Below, one piece after another: positions 1 to 12,423 of a stretch of 64,000 nucleotides of DNA (the first letter of the stretch is position 1; each line of letters begins with the position of its first letter). The stretch spans positions 256,001-320,000 of the forward strand of contig CAVZJB010000011.1 of NCBI GenBank assembly GCA_963775425.1, given 5' to 3'. A program made the position numbers and the translations under genes. The stretch comes from an uncultured delta proteobacterium. Lineage in GTDB: Bacteria > Myxococcota > UBA727 > VGSZ01. The notes beneath the pieces are model-generated. The model was not told the origin of the DNA and did not search any database. It saw nothing but the letters and a program-made list of their open reading frames with translations.

Positions 1-522
1 ATGGCGGGAGACAGCACCGCGAGCGCCGGGGAGTGGCGCACGGACTTCTGTGACGTCGTCGACACCACGGCGTGCACGTGCACGCTCAAGGGCGACAGCG
101 CCTATCAGACGGCCGGCGCGGGCACCGCCGACTTCAGCGGCGGCGTGATGACGGCGGGGAACACGCTGAGCTTCTTCCTCGATCCCCCGAGCGGCGTGCT
201 CGAGATGCTCTCGTCCGAGGACGACGGGACTCCCGCGATCTCCGAGCTCGCCGATCACGTCGGCGACCTCCAGGTCGAGCTCGGCTTCGACACCACCGGC
301 GATCAAGTCGTCGACCTGGAGCAGCCCGGCTACGCGTCGGTCGACCGGACCCTCCTGCGCATGATCCACGTCGGGATCATCGCCAGCGTGCCGGTCCCCG
401 TGCGCGAGACCCGATCCTCGGCGCAGCTCTTCGACGGCCCTGTGCGCTCCGCGACGCACGGCCGCTATTTCCACGCCATCAGCACGCGGGCCACGCTCCG
501 CAACCTCAACCTCTTCTACTGA
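1..522 (+). CDS. PilW-like type IV pilus minor pilin/assembly protein, probably 5'-truncated by the window edge
   Basis: C-terminal pattern 'ELADHVGDLQVELGFD...RMIHVGIIA...TRATLRNL' resembles PilW-type C-termini; lies directly upstream of a PilX-like gene. Confidence 0.5.
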   Translation: MAGDSTASAGEWRTDFCDVVDTTACTCTLKGDSAYQTAGAGTADFSGGVMTAGNTLSFFLDPPSGVLEMLSSEDDGTPAISELADHVGDLQVELGFDTTGDQVVDLEQPGYASVDRTLLRMIHVGIIASVPVPVRETRSSAQLFDGPVRSATHGRYFHAISTRATLRNLNLFY

Positions 523-541
523 CACTGCGAGGTCATCCATC

Positions 542-3190
542 ATGCTTCGCGGCTACTCGCTGAACCTCGTGTTGATCTTCTCCGCGCTGCTCGTGGTGCT
601 GTGCGGCACCATGTTCGTCGTGCTCGAGAGCTCCGGCCACACCGGCGGCGAGCTCCTGTCACGCAAGCAGACGTTCTTCGCCACCGACGGGATGATGCGC
701 GCGACCATGCGCGTCGCCGACGACTTCCTCGCCAAGAACCCCGACGCCACTGGCACCGACCTCAAGGCGTCGTTCACGACGTCGATCCTCGACGCCATCA
801 CGCCCGCCGGCTACTCGCGTGAGGCCTTCGACATCGACAACAGCGCACGCAAGTCGGGACCGGTGCCCAACGGCGCGTTCGAGGGGATGAACGCGGATCT
901 GCATCCCGTGGTCGCTTCGATGAAGCTGCGAAAGGTCCTGTCGGCGGCGGCGTGCAAGGAGGAGATGTCGGCGACGTTGGCCCAGATCTCCATGTTCCAG
1001 TTCATGGTCTTCGTCGACGGCTACGCCGACTGGGCCCCCGGCCCGCCGCAGAACGCCGACGGCCGCGTCCACGCCAACGGCGACATCTGCCTCGCCTCGG
1101 ACAGCCCCTTCTGCCTCGCCAAGGTCACCGCCTCGGGGCGCATCATGGAGGGTGACGACGGGCGCTGCCGCTACCACCCCGGCGCCGGCGACCCGCTCAT
1201 CGCACACGACAGCACCCCCGACTTCACGAACTGCAGCAGCGGCAACACCGCCGAGTGGCGCCGGCTCCACGCGACCGATCGCGACAGCGGCTGCACCGGC
1301 TGCGACGGCACCGGCGCCAACTGGGCCTCGTGGGCGCGCACCGAGTTCGGCAACAACGCGCTCGACAAGGACATGTCCACCCCGCAGTTGAAGCTGCCGA
1401 TCAGCGGCGCGCCCCTCGTGCAGGCGGGCACCAACGCCAACAAGGGCAAGGTGAGCAACGGCGACAACTCTCGCTTCCTCGTCGACCCGGTTCGCGGCGC
1501 GGACTCCGCCGACATCGTTCAGCAGAAATTCGCGGGCAACGCCGACATCCGCATCCTCGACGGCGTCTGGTACCTCCCGGACCCCGGCGCGCCGGGGGCG
1601 TGGCCCGGGCTGCCCATCTGGTCCGATCATCCGGGCCACTACACCATCAGCGCGACCGGCGCGGACGCGGAGCCCGACGAGGCGTCGGTGGCGGGCACGC
1701 AGGCCGTCGGCCAGGACGACATCCGGGCGACCCTCGCCGGCCGCGGGATTCTGTGGGGCACCACCCCGCCGCGGCTCTTCTCCTTCTACGAGGTCGACGA
1801 CGACGGCACGGGGACGAGCGGCACCCGCAGCCTCGCGCTCCTCGACAACGACGCCACCGCCACCTCGCCGGCGCCGCAGGGCGTGATCTCGTACGGCGGC
1901 ATCACGCGCATCAGCGGACCGAAGTGGGTGCCGGGCCACTGGCCGGGGCAGACGGGCGAGGACTGCCCGAGCGCCTCGCCGCTCAGCGCCTCGGCCCCGG
2001 GCTTCTTGTCGGTGTTCGACACCACCACGACGCCGTGCACCAGCGCCCCGTACGCGCTCGACACCGCCCTGCTGAACGCCACGCGCACGGGGTTCCGGGA
2101 CGGGCACATCGAGCAGAACGCAGACGACTACGCGGCCGCCGTCGTCTCCGGCTCGAAGAACCTGCACCAGAAGGTGCTGCCGGTGAACTTCGACGTCGCG
2201 GCCTTCCACGCGGCGATGGCGTCGTCGAGCGTCGGCGAGCTCGGCTCCTACTTCTGCGCGCCGGGCGGCGGCTGCTTCATGCGCCGCCCCTTCAACGGCA
2301 TCGTGTGGATCGGCGTGACGTGGGACGGCTCGCTCTCGGGCTTCGCCGCCGGCGCCGCGGGCGCGAACCCCGGGCTGTGGCCCGCGCAAGGGGACCGAAC
2401 GAACGCGGTGACACAGCCGCTCAACCGCCACGACTCCTCGGGCGTCGGCGACAGCGCGGCGGCGCAGCGCGGCCTGCCGTACCCGCTGTGCAGCACGTCG
2501 CTCGCGGGGACGGACGCGACGGCCACGGGGCACTCGACGACGTCCTTCAAATACCCCGCCTGCACCGACTTCGGCGGCGGCGGCGGCGCGCGTCCGATGG
2601 CGGTGCGCCTGATCAACGCGAAGAACGTCGGCTTCGATCGCGACTTCGACGGCATCGACGACGGCGTGACCATCTCGAGCAACCTGCCCGTCTACGTCGT
2701 CGGCCAGTGGAACACGCAGACCTCGAGCGGCGCCACGATCGACACGTCGTCAGGCACGGCCAGCCCGTGGAGCCCGGCGCTCGTCGCGGCGGATCAGATC
2801 TATCTGCTCTCGGACGACTGGAACGACAAGAACGAGCCTTGGGATCACAGCGTCAACGCGAACAACGCGGACGCGACGAACACCACGTACAACATCGAGA
2901 TGCTGGCGGGCTGGTCCGAGTCCTCCGGCGGCCAATACAGCGGCGGCATCGAGAACTTCCCGCGCTTCATCGAGGATTGGAGCGGCGCGCGGAACGTCAT
3001 CCGCGGCTCCATCGTGGTGGGCTTCAACAGCCCCTACTATCGCTGGCCGCGCTTCTGTTGCGGCACGAAGTCGTACAACCCGCCGACGCGCGATTGGGCA
3101 TACGACAAGCACCTCGACTCCCTCGGGAACCAGCCGCCGGGTGCGCCGCGCTACACCGTGTACGCCACGCGCGCCTGGCGCCGTCAGTAG
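542..3190 (+). CDS. PilX-like large minor pilin/pilus-associated protein
   Basis: N-terminal hydrophobic helix 'GYSLNLVLIFSALLVVLCG...KQTFFATDG' (PilX N-terminal type); C-terminal 'SGGIENFPRFIEDW...GSIV...YNPPTRDWAYD' motif recalled from PilX/HpsA-like proteins; GAGG RBS upstream. Confidence 0.6.
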   Translation: MLRGYSLNLVLIFSALLVVLCGTMFVVLESSGHTGGELLSRKQTFFATDGMMRATMRVADDFLAKNPDATGTDLKASFTTSILDAITPAGYSREAFDIDNSARKSGPVPNGAFEGMNADLHPVVASMKLRKVLSAAACKEEMSATLAQISMFQFMVFVDGYADWAPGPPQNADGRVHANGDICLASDSPFCLAKVTASGRIMEGDDGRCRYHPGAGDPLIAHDSTPDFTNCSSGNTAEWRRLHATDRDSGCTGCDGTGANWASWARTEFGNNALDKDMSTPQLKLPISGAPLVQAGTNANKGKVSNGDNSRFLVDPVRGADSADIVQQKFAGNADIRILDGVWYLPDPGAPGAWPGLPIWSDHPGHYTISATGADAEPDEASVAGTQAVGQDDIRATLAGRGILWGTTPPRLFSFYEVDDDGTGTSGTRSLALLDNDATATSPAPQGVISYGGITRISGPKWVPGHWPGQTGEDCPSASPLSASAPGFLSVFDTTTTPCTSAPYALDTALLNATRTGFRDGHIEQNADDYAAAVVSGSKNLHQKVLPVNFDVAAFHAAMASSSVGELGSYFCAPGGGCFMRRPFNGIVWIGVTWDGSLSGFAAGAAGANPGLWPAQGDRTNAVTQPLNRHDSSGVGDSAAAQRGLPYPLCSTSLAGTDATATGHSTTSFKYPACTDFGGGGGARPMAVRLINAKNVGFDRDFDGIDDGVTISSNLPVYVVGQWNTQTSSGATIDTSSGTASPWSPALVAADQIYLLSDDWNDKNEPWDHSVNANNADATNTTYNIEMLAGWSESSGGQYSGGIENFPRFIEDWSGARNVIRGSIVVGFNSPYYRWPRFCCGTKSYNPPTRDWAYDKHLDSLGNQPPGAPRYTVYATRAWRRQ

Positions 3191-3289
3191 CTGCCGCCGT
3201 CGGGGCACCGCGCGTGGATCCGTGTGTTGTCGTGATGCACAACCGATCTCCGTGAACCGACCACCGAGGTCCGATTTTCTGCCGGCTCT

Positions 3290-4900
3290 TCAGTCGAACG
3301 ACAACGATGTCAGGAAGCGATCGCCGACGTCGGGCGAGGCGTCGGCGGCGACGAGCACCCAGGACTCGTTGGCGCCGACAAAGACGCGGAGCTTCGCGGG
3401 GTGCTTCGTGCCGTCGAGGTTGACCTTGCCGCTGCCTCGCCACACCGAGAGGCCGTTGGGGCGCAGGGGCACCGACGTGAGCAGCAGGTCGCTCCCGTAG
3501 ACCTCGGAGATGGCGCTGCCGGCGTCGCTGGCGTGCACATAGAGGACGTCGAGGTGTGCGCCGGCCTTGGTGACCGCCGAGATGCGTTGCGCTTCGCTGC
3601 CGTCCTTGAGCTTCGCGGGGGCGCGCGTGATCGTCGCTTGAGGCGGGAGCATCACGCTCCGGCCGCCGCCGACGGGGGTCGTCGGCGGAGGAACGGCCGC
3701 GCGCACGACGAAGAACGCGACGACGGCGAGGACGGCGACGCCGAGCAGGCGCGCGGCCCACGGCATTCCCGTCGACGGCGGCGCGGTCTTTTCGCGCGCC
3801 TCGCGGGGCGGCGGTCTCGGCTCGGTCCGCCGAGCGGGCACCGGCCGCGGCGCGGGCTCCGGCCGCGGCGCGGGCTCCGGCCGCGGCACGGTCGGATCGA
3901 GGCCGATCCCCGGCGCTTTCCGGGACGGCGGGGGTCTCGTCGCCGGGGCCGCGCTCGCCGGGGCCGCGCTCGCCGGCGCGGGGTCCGCCGTGAGGGAGAA
4001 CGGCTTCGCCGCGGCCGGTGTCGACGGCGCGGGCGGCGTCGACGCCCGGGGCGGCGGCGTGAAGGACGGCGGCGGCGGCGGCGGCAGCGGCGGCAGCGGC
4101 GCCGACGGCATCGCGGGCGTCGACGACAGCGGCGGCATCGGGGGCGTCGAGGACGGCGGCGTCGAGGACGGCGGCGTCGACGACGGCGGCGTCGAGGACG
4201 GCGGCGTCGAGGACGGCGGCGTCGAGGACAGCGGCGTCGAGGACAGCGGCGTCGAGGACGGCGGCGTCGAGGACGGCGGCGTCGAGGACGGCCGCGTCGA
4301 GGACAGCGGCGTCGAGGACAGCGGCGTCGAGGACAGCGGTGACATCGCGGGTGTCGACGGCGGCGACGGCATCGCGGGCGTCGAGGACAGCGGCGGCATC
4401 GGAGGCGTCGACGACGACGGCGGCATCGCGGGCGTCGACGGCATCGCGGGCGTCGAGGACAGCGGCGGCATCGCGGGCGTCGACGACGACGGCGGCATCG
4501 GCGGCATCGGCGGCGGGGCAGGCGGCGGGGCGGGGGGCGCTGTCGTCGACGGCGCAGGTGGCGTCGACGATGCAGGCGTCGACGGAGAGGCCGCCGCGCC
4601 GATGCGATCGAGCGCGCCGAGGCCGGCCCAGATGCCGCCGCACGGGACGCAGGCGTGGAGCGTCTCACGCCCGATCGGGAACGTGGTCAGGAGCTGGTCG
4701 CACGTGGGGCACGCGACCTGCCGCTTGCCTTCGGTCTGCAGGATGCCTTGAAGCCGCGCGCCGTCGACACCGGCGCGCTTCAAGACCTCGAACGCCTTTG
4801 GCAACGAGATGAACGCACCGCCGCACGCCATGCACGCCGCGGCGCCCCGCCTCTCGACGACGACCTTCCCGGCGGAACCGCACGATGGACAGCCGCTCAC
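3290..4900 (-). CDS. Double Zn-ribbon membrane protein with a Pro/Ser/Thr-rich repeat linker
   Basis: CPSC..CMAC and CPTC..CVPC pairs, long (SSTPP)n linker, TM helix 'LLGVAVLAVVAFFVV', C-terminal soluble domain; start reassigned to GTG 4900, 7 nt after TGnTAGAAT. Confidence 0.7.
   Translation of the reverse strand: MSGCPSCGSAGKVVVERRGAAACMACGGAFISLPKAFEVLKRAGVDGARLQGILQTEGKRQVACPTCDQLLTTFPIGRETLHACVPCGGIWAGLGALDRIGAAASPSTPASSTPPAPSTTAPPAPPPAPPPMPPMPPSSSTPAMPPLSSTPAMPSTPAMPPSSSTPPMPPLSSTPAMPSPPSTPAMSPLSSTPLSSTPLSSTRPSSTPPSSTPPSSTPLSSTPLSSTPPSSTPPSSTPPSSTPPSSTPPSSTPPMPPLSSTPAMPSAPLPPLPPPPPPSFTPPPRASTPPAPSTPAAAKPFSLTADPAPASAAPASAAPATRPPPSRKAPGIGLDPTVPRPEPAPRPEPAPRPVPARRTEPRPPPREAREKTAPPSTGMPWAARLLGVAVLAVVAFFVVRAAVPPPTTPVGGGRSVMLPPQATITRAPAKLKDGSEAQRISAVTKAGAHLDVLYVHASDAGSAISEVYGSDLLLTSVPLRPNGLSVWRGSGKVNLDGTKHPAKLRVFVGANESWVLVAADASPDVGDRFLTSLSFD
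3837..3890. repeat. 18-bp tandem repeat (about 3 copies) encoding PRPEPA
   Basis: ccggccgcggcgcgggct repeated within the CDS. Confidence 0.7.
4097..4510. repeat. Coding tandem repeat: about 13 copies of a 15-bp unit (gtcgaggac[g/a]gcggc), flanked by degenerate longer units; encodes (SSTPP/L)n and PAMPP
   Basis: Directly visible, core at about 4146-4340. Confidence 0.9.
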
Positions 4901-4932
4901 GGGACGGATTCTAGCACTGCTTTCTACCCAAA

Positions 4933-5115
4933 TCACCCGCGGCGGCCCACGAGGGCCAGCACGAGCCCCGCGACCACGAGCACCAGTGGCGGGGCGAGCG
5001 GGATGAGCGCTGCTGGCAGGCTGAAGGCGCTGGCTCGCACCACCATCCACGCGGCAGGCACCCCGAGGAGGCCGATCGCGATACACACGAGCCCGGTGAG
5101 GCCCGCCGCCGTCAT
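4933..5115 (-). CDS. Small two-TM membrane protein (60 aa)
   Basis: ATG 5115; 'MTAAGLTGLVCIAIGLLGVPAAW...PPLVLVVAGLVLALVGRRG' is fully hydrophobic; fits between neighbours. Confidence 0.55.
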   Translation of the reverse strand: MTAAGLTGLVCIAIGLLGVPAAWMVVRASAFSLPAALIPLAPPLVLVVAGLVLALVGRRG

Positions 5116-5138
5116 GCCCCGGCGCGGCCGACGCTGCC

Positions 5139-7388
5139 TCACAGCGCGAGCGTGACCATGCCGCGGAACGCCGCGCCGCCGAAGCCGATGGGCTCGTCGC
5201 GCAGCGCGCCTTGCTGGTCGAGGAGGTTTTCGCCGACGGCGTCGAAGCGGACCCCGCCGAAGTCGAGGTGCGCACCCACGTCGAAGAGGAACGCGCCCGG
5301 CGCGCCGCTGCACGGGGTGGTCTGCACGGCGCCGGCGGCGAGGTCGTCGACGCTCGGCAACTGCGGGCACAGCGCGCGGTCGAGCTCCTCCGCGCTCGAC
5401 AGCCGCTGCTGCGGGAGCAGGAAGCGGGCGCGGGAGAAGAAGCCGACGCCGACGCCGTCGACGACGTGGGGCTCGTAGTCGACCTCCAGCGTGCCGCCCG
5501 GGTTCGGCACGCCGGCGCGCGCGGCACGGGTGGCGTCGAGGAGGCCGCCGTCGTCGACGGTGACGACGGCGAGCGTCGTGCGCGCCGTCAACCCGTCGAG
5601 GCCCGGCTTCAAGAGCGCGCGCGCCTCGGCGCCCCACGCCACGGTGTCGCCGCTCGCGCTCTCGAGGGACGGGCCCGCCACCAGCGCGACGGCGCCGGGG
5701 CCGGCGAGCGCGCCCGGCGGCGCGGCGCTGCGGGCGGCACCGTACAGGCCGGCGTCGACGTCGAGCCAGGCCGAGCGCCAGGCGAGGCCGCCCTCGACGC
5801 TGTCGTCGTGCGCCAGGTGAACCACCGCCGCGTACGCCTCGAGCCCGTCGACGACGCGGACGCGCGCGCCGGCCTCGCCGGTGACGTCGACGGCGCTCAC
5901 GCGCCCCGCGGCCCACACAGACGTGCGCGCGCCGTCGGCGGCGAGGGAGAGCGACAGCGCCGAGAAGCCGTCGACCGCGCCGTCGTTGAGGCGCGCCCGC
6001 GAAGGGTCCTCCAGGCCGTCGCCGGGCGGCTCGGCGTCGCGGCGCAGGACGCTCCGCGAGAAGAAGTGCGAGGTGACGCGGTCGGCGTAGACGTCGCCGG
6101 ACACCGACGCGCGCGGGGTGAGCACGTCGAGGAGCGCCACCGGCGGGAGGGTGAGCTCGAGCGCCGCGCGCGCGCCCGCCCGCACGCCCTCGTCGAGCGC
6201 ACGCTCGACGACGGTGATGCCCGTGCCCGCACGCGACTCGTTGGAGATGGCGTGTTGTGCGTGCGCGCGGCCGCGGGCGACGAGCGACGCGCCGCCGACG
6301 TCGACCGCCTGATCGCCGCCGACGATCCAGGCGTCGAGGCCGCGCTCGTCGGTGACGACGCAGTCGAGGGCGCGCCCCCGATCGTCGCTGGCGCCGCACA
6401 GGTCGGGGTGAGGCGTCGTGATCGAGCGCGCGCTCTGCCACGTGCTGAACAGGTGCGTGGCCCGAAGCGGTGCGACGTCGACGCGCGCGCCGACGGCGCC
6501 GCCGTCGCCGAAGGAGCGCGGGAGGACGCCGCCCGGCTCCTCGCCCACGCGCACGTCGCCGCGGCCGAGCCGCTCGTCCTCGCGATCGAGCAGCGTGGCG
6601 TGCACGCCGAGGCGGGCGCGCCCGTAGCCGGTGGAGGCGAAGGTGAAGACGCCCTTTTCGAGGTCCGCGCCGCCGTAGCCGCCGCCGATCGTGCCGTGCA
6701 GCCCGAGCTGCTCGCCCTCGTCGACCATGCCCGCGAGCGAGTCCACCTCGAGCACGCCCGCCGCGCCGCGTGGCGACGCCGTCAGCGCGCGCGCTCCGTG
6801 GTGCAGCACCAAGCGGGCGGCGCCGGCGTTCGACAGTTGCTCGAGCGGCGGCACCAGGCCGCCGAGGTCGAAGAGCGGGACACCGTCGAGGACGACGTCA
6901 AGGTCCCTGTCGTCGAGCCCGCGCAGGAGGAACCGCGAGTCCCCCGCTTGCTCGTGTCGAAGCCACACGCCGGCGACGTCGACGAGGGCGGTGTCGGGGT
7001 CGAGCGCGCCGTGCGCGAAGAGCTGCTTGCGCGTGCGCGCGCTCTCGAGCCGCGCATCGTAGCCGAGCGGCTCGCTGACTCCGGCGTCGACGAGGCCCGC
7101 GGGCAACGGCAGCGGCGGCCGCGCCGGGTCGGGGGCGCGCGGCGGAACCGCGAGCACCTCCTTGTTCGCCCCCGGCTCCCGGGGCGCCTGTGGATACGGC
7201 AGCGGCGCCGTGGGCGAAGGGGCCTCGGGACCGCTCCCCCACGGGTCGTCGGCGTCGGCGGCGCGCGCAGGCGACGTCGCCGCGCAGAGCGCCAGCGCGA
7301 GCGCGCTCGCCGCCGGCCACCCCCGCCGCGCGCCGCCGCGCGGTGGCGTCCCCGGCGTCGCAGCGGCGCTCTTGGGTCGAGCCGTCAC
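5139..7388 (-). CDS. TonB-dependent receptor-like outer membrane protein
   Basis: Signal peptide ending '...SPARA'; plug-like 'LVDVAGVW...FLLRGLD...VVLDGVPL'; C-terminal 'ENLLD...FRGMVTLAL'; GTG 7388 overlaps the ligA stop (GTGA). Confidence 0.7.
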   Translation of the reverse strand: MTARPKSAAATPGTPPRGGARRGWPAASALALALCAATSPARAADADDPWGSGPEAPSPTAPLPYPQAPREPGANKEVLAVPPRAPDPARPPLPLPAGLVDAGVSEPLGYDARLESARTRKQLFAHGALDPDTALVDVAGVWLRHEQAGDSRFLLRGLDDRDLDVVLDGVPLFDLGGLVPPLEQLSNAGAARLVLHHGARALTASPRGAAGVLEVDSLAGMVDEGEQLGLHGTIGGGYGGADLEKGVFTFASTGYGRARLGVHATLLDREDERLGRGDVRVGEEPGGVLPRSFGDGGAVGARVDVAPLRATHLFSTWQSARSITTPHPDLCGASDDRGRALDCVVTDERGLDAWIVGGDQAVDVGGASLVARGRAHAQHAISNESRAGTGITVVERALDEGVRAGARAALELTLPPVALLDVLTPRASVSGDVYADRVTSHFFSRSVLRRDAEPPGDGLEDPSRARLNDGAVDGFSALSLSLAADGARTSVWAAGRVSAVDVTGEAGARVRVVDGLEAYAAVVHLAHDDSVEGGLAWRSAWLDVDAGLYGAARSAAPPGALAGPGAVALVAGPSLESASGDTVAWGAEARALLKPGLDGLTARTTLAVVTVDDGGLLDATRAARAGVPNPGGTLEVDYEPHVVDGVGVGFFSRARFLLPQQRLSSAEELDRALCPQLPSVDDLAAGAVQTTPCSGAPGAFLFDVGAHLDFGGVRFDAVGENLLDQQGALRDEPIGFGGAAFRGMVTLAL

Positions 7389-9355
7389 TGCGCCTCGAGC
7401 ATCTTCAGGAAGTCCGTCTCCGAAATGATCTGGAGCTTGGAGCCCTTGGCCACGAGCTTGTCGGCGGACTTGTGCTTGGAGCTCTTCTCGCCGCCACCGA
7501 GGAGCGGCGAGCCCTCGTCGCCGATGACGAGGTAGTCGAGCTCGGCGGACACCCCCGACGGCGTCTTGCCGCCCACGGCCTGCACGCGCTTCTGCGCGGT
7601 CTTTCGATCCATCTGGGCCATGCCGCCGGTGAACACCACGCTCCTGCCGAACAGCGCGTTGCCGGTGTCCTTCACCTTCTCCGGCTCGACGATGGTGACC
7701 TCCTTCAAGAGCTCGTCGATCACGTGGGCGCTCTCTTTCAACCCGGTGACGATGGCGTCGGCGGTCTCGTCGCCGATGCCGTCGCTGCCGGTGAGGTCGC
7801 CGGCGGTGCAGGTGCGCAACTTGTCGAGCGACTTGAACGTCGACGCCAGCTTCTCCGCGGCCGTGGCCCCGATGCGCTCGACGCCGATGGCCTCGAGGAA
7901 CATCGCGAGGGTGAGCTTGCGCTTCTGCTCCATGGCGTCGATGAGCGTCTTCGCCGACTTGTCTCCCATGCGCTCGAGCGAGGCGACCTTCTTGGCGTCG
8001 AGCCGGTAGAGATCCGCGGGGCTCTTCACCATGGCGGCCTCGAAGAGCTGGTTGACGATCTTCTCGCCGAAGCCCTTGGCGTCGACGACGGCGGCGAAGT
8101 GGCGCACGCGATCGACCACGACCTCGGGCACCGTCTCCGGATCGTCGACGTAGAGGAAGTCGCCGTCGAGGTGGACCTTGGTGTTGCCGCCGGGGACCTT
8201 CCACGACGTCGGGAAGCGGATGGGCTCGTCGGGCTTGCTGAGCACGCGCTCCACGTGCGGGATGACGCCGCCGCGGCGCACCACCTCGACGCGGGCGCCT
8301 TTGCCGACGCCGAGCTTCTTGGCGTAGCCGGCGTTGTGGAGGCTCACGCGGGTGACGGTGACGCCGGAGACGAAGATGGGCTCGATGATGGCCACGGGGT
8401 TCACCGAGCCCGTCCGCGCGATGCTCCACTCGATGTCCTTCACCGTGGTCTGCGCGCTCTCCCCCTGGAACTTGTAGGCGATGGCGTTGCGCGGGTGGTG
8501 CGCGGTGACCCCGAGCCGCGTGGCCTCCGAGGAGAGGTCGGCCTTGAACACGACGCCGTCGGTCTCGGTGTCGAGCTTCTTGCACTCTTCGACGAGCTTC
8601 TTGAACCCGTCGGGCAGCGCGTCTTTGTCGTCGAGCACGTGGAACGGCAGGATGGGGAACCCGAGCTTGTCGAGCCGCTCGAGCTTGGCGTGCTCGGACT
8701 TTTCGCCGCCGCCGAGGAGGTCGTAGGCGAAGAAGCTCAAGCCGTAGGCGGCGCTCTCCTTCGGGTCCTTGGTCTTGATGGCGCCGGCGGCGAGGTTCCT
8801 CGGGTTGGCCTTGTCGCCCTTGTAGTGCTTGTTGAAGCGCGACAGGCGCATGTAGACCTCGCCGCGCACCTCGAGCTCGTCGCCGTGGTTCTTGATGGTG
8901 TGCGGGATGTCTTTGACGCCGCGCACGTTGGCCGTGATGTTGTCGCCGATCTTCCCGTCGCCGCGGGTGGCGGCGAGCTTGAGCCTGCCCTTGTCGTCGT
9001 AGCGGATGGAGCAGGCGAGCCCGTCGATCTTGGGGCTCATGATGAAGCCGCCCTTGATGCCCGCGGCCCACTTGAGGAGCGTGTCGTCGTCGTAGCACTT
9101 GTCGAGCGAGAGCATGGGGCGCTCGTGCTTGACGTCGCCGAAGGCGCGCGACTCGCCGAGCTCCTCGAGCACCTTGCTCTGCGGGCGTGTCTTTTTGAGC
9201 GCCTCGACGAGCTTGTCGTAGGTGGGGTCGTCGATCTCGGGGGCGGCTTCGTCCCAGTAGAGCTTGTTGTGGTAGCGGACCAGCTTCTCGAGCTCGTCGG
9301 CGTCGAGCTTGGGCATGCGATCGAGGAGCTTCTTCGAGGCTTCGGCGACGGTCAC
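7385..9355 (-). CDS. ligA: NAD-dependent DNA ligase
   Basis: Domain Ia 'YHNKLYW..PEIDD..YD', 'PMLSL', motif I 'KIDG', 'TRGDG', 'NPRN', 'IAYKF', OB fold 'RTG..NPVA', HhH repeats, C-terminal BRCT 'VVFTG'. Confidence 0.97.
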   Translation of the reverse strand: MTVAEASKKLLDRMPKLDADELEKLVRYHNKLYWDEAAPEIDDPTYDKLVEALKKTRPQSKVLEELGESRAFGDVKHERPMLSLDKCYDDDTLLKWAAGIKGGFIMSPKIDGLACSIRYDDKGRLKLAATRGDGKIGDNITANVRGVKDIPHTIKNHGDELEVRGEVYMRLSRFNKHYKGDKANPRNLAAGAIKTKDPKESAAYGLSFFAYDLLGGGEKSEHAKLERLDKLGFPILPFHVLDDKDALPDGFKKLVEECKKLDTETDGVVFKADLSSEATRLGVTAHHPRNAIAYKFQGESAQTTVKDIEWSIARTGSVNPVAIIEPIFVSGVTVTRVSLHNAGYAKKLGVGKGARVEVVRRGGVIPHVERVLSKPDEPIRFPTSWKVPGGNTKVHLDGDFLYVDDPETVPEVVVDRVRHFAAVVDAKGFGEKIVNQLFEAAMVKSPADLYRLDAKKVASLERMGDKSAKTLIDAMEQKRKLTLAMFLEAIGVERIGATAAEKLASTFKSLDKLRTCTAGDLTGSDGIGDETADAIVTGLKESAHVIDELLKEVTIVEPEKVKDTGNALFGRSVVFTGGMAQMDRKTAQKRVQAVGGKTPSGVSAELDYLVIGDEGSPLLGGGEKSSKHKSADKLVAKGSKLQIISETDFLKMLEAQ

Positions 9356-9449
9356 GGATCACCCCGGCGTTTGGCGGCGCATCGTTACAGACGTCGCCCG
9401 CCAGTGGAAGCCTGCTCCAGCCGGTTCCGCCCCGTCTCGCTCGTCACGC

Positions 9450-12353
<2,904 letters not shown>

Positions 12354-12423
12354 GGACCGAGCGTACCGCAGCCGTGGCCGCCGCCGGCGGCGCGGGTCGT
12401 TGCGGCACCGACGAACGCGCGCG

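Noticed and set aside
3024-4751. Alternative-frame repeat proteins (DAAVL)n and (VEDGG)n
   Set aside because: Other readings of the same 15-bp repeat; only the SSTPP frame joins the Zn ribbons to a TM helix and has a promoter-linked start
5139-9362. 1407-aa ORF suggesting a giant fusion protein
   Set aside because: The N-terminal half is an off-frame overlap of ligA; the real gene starts at 7388. The same applies to the over-extended ORFs 44494-49707, 19552-23004, 12424-14586, 17675-19525 and 53671-56466
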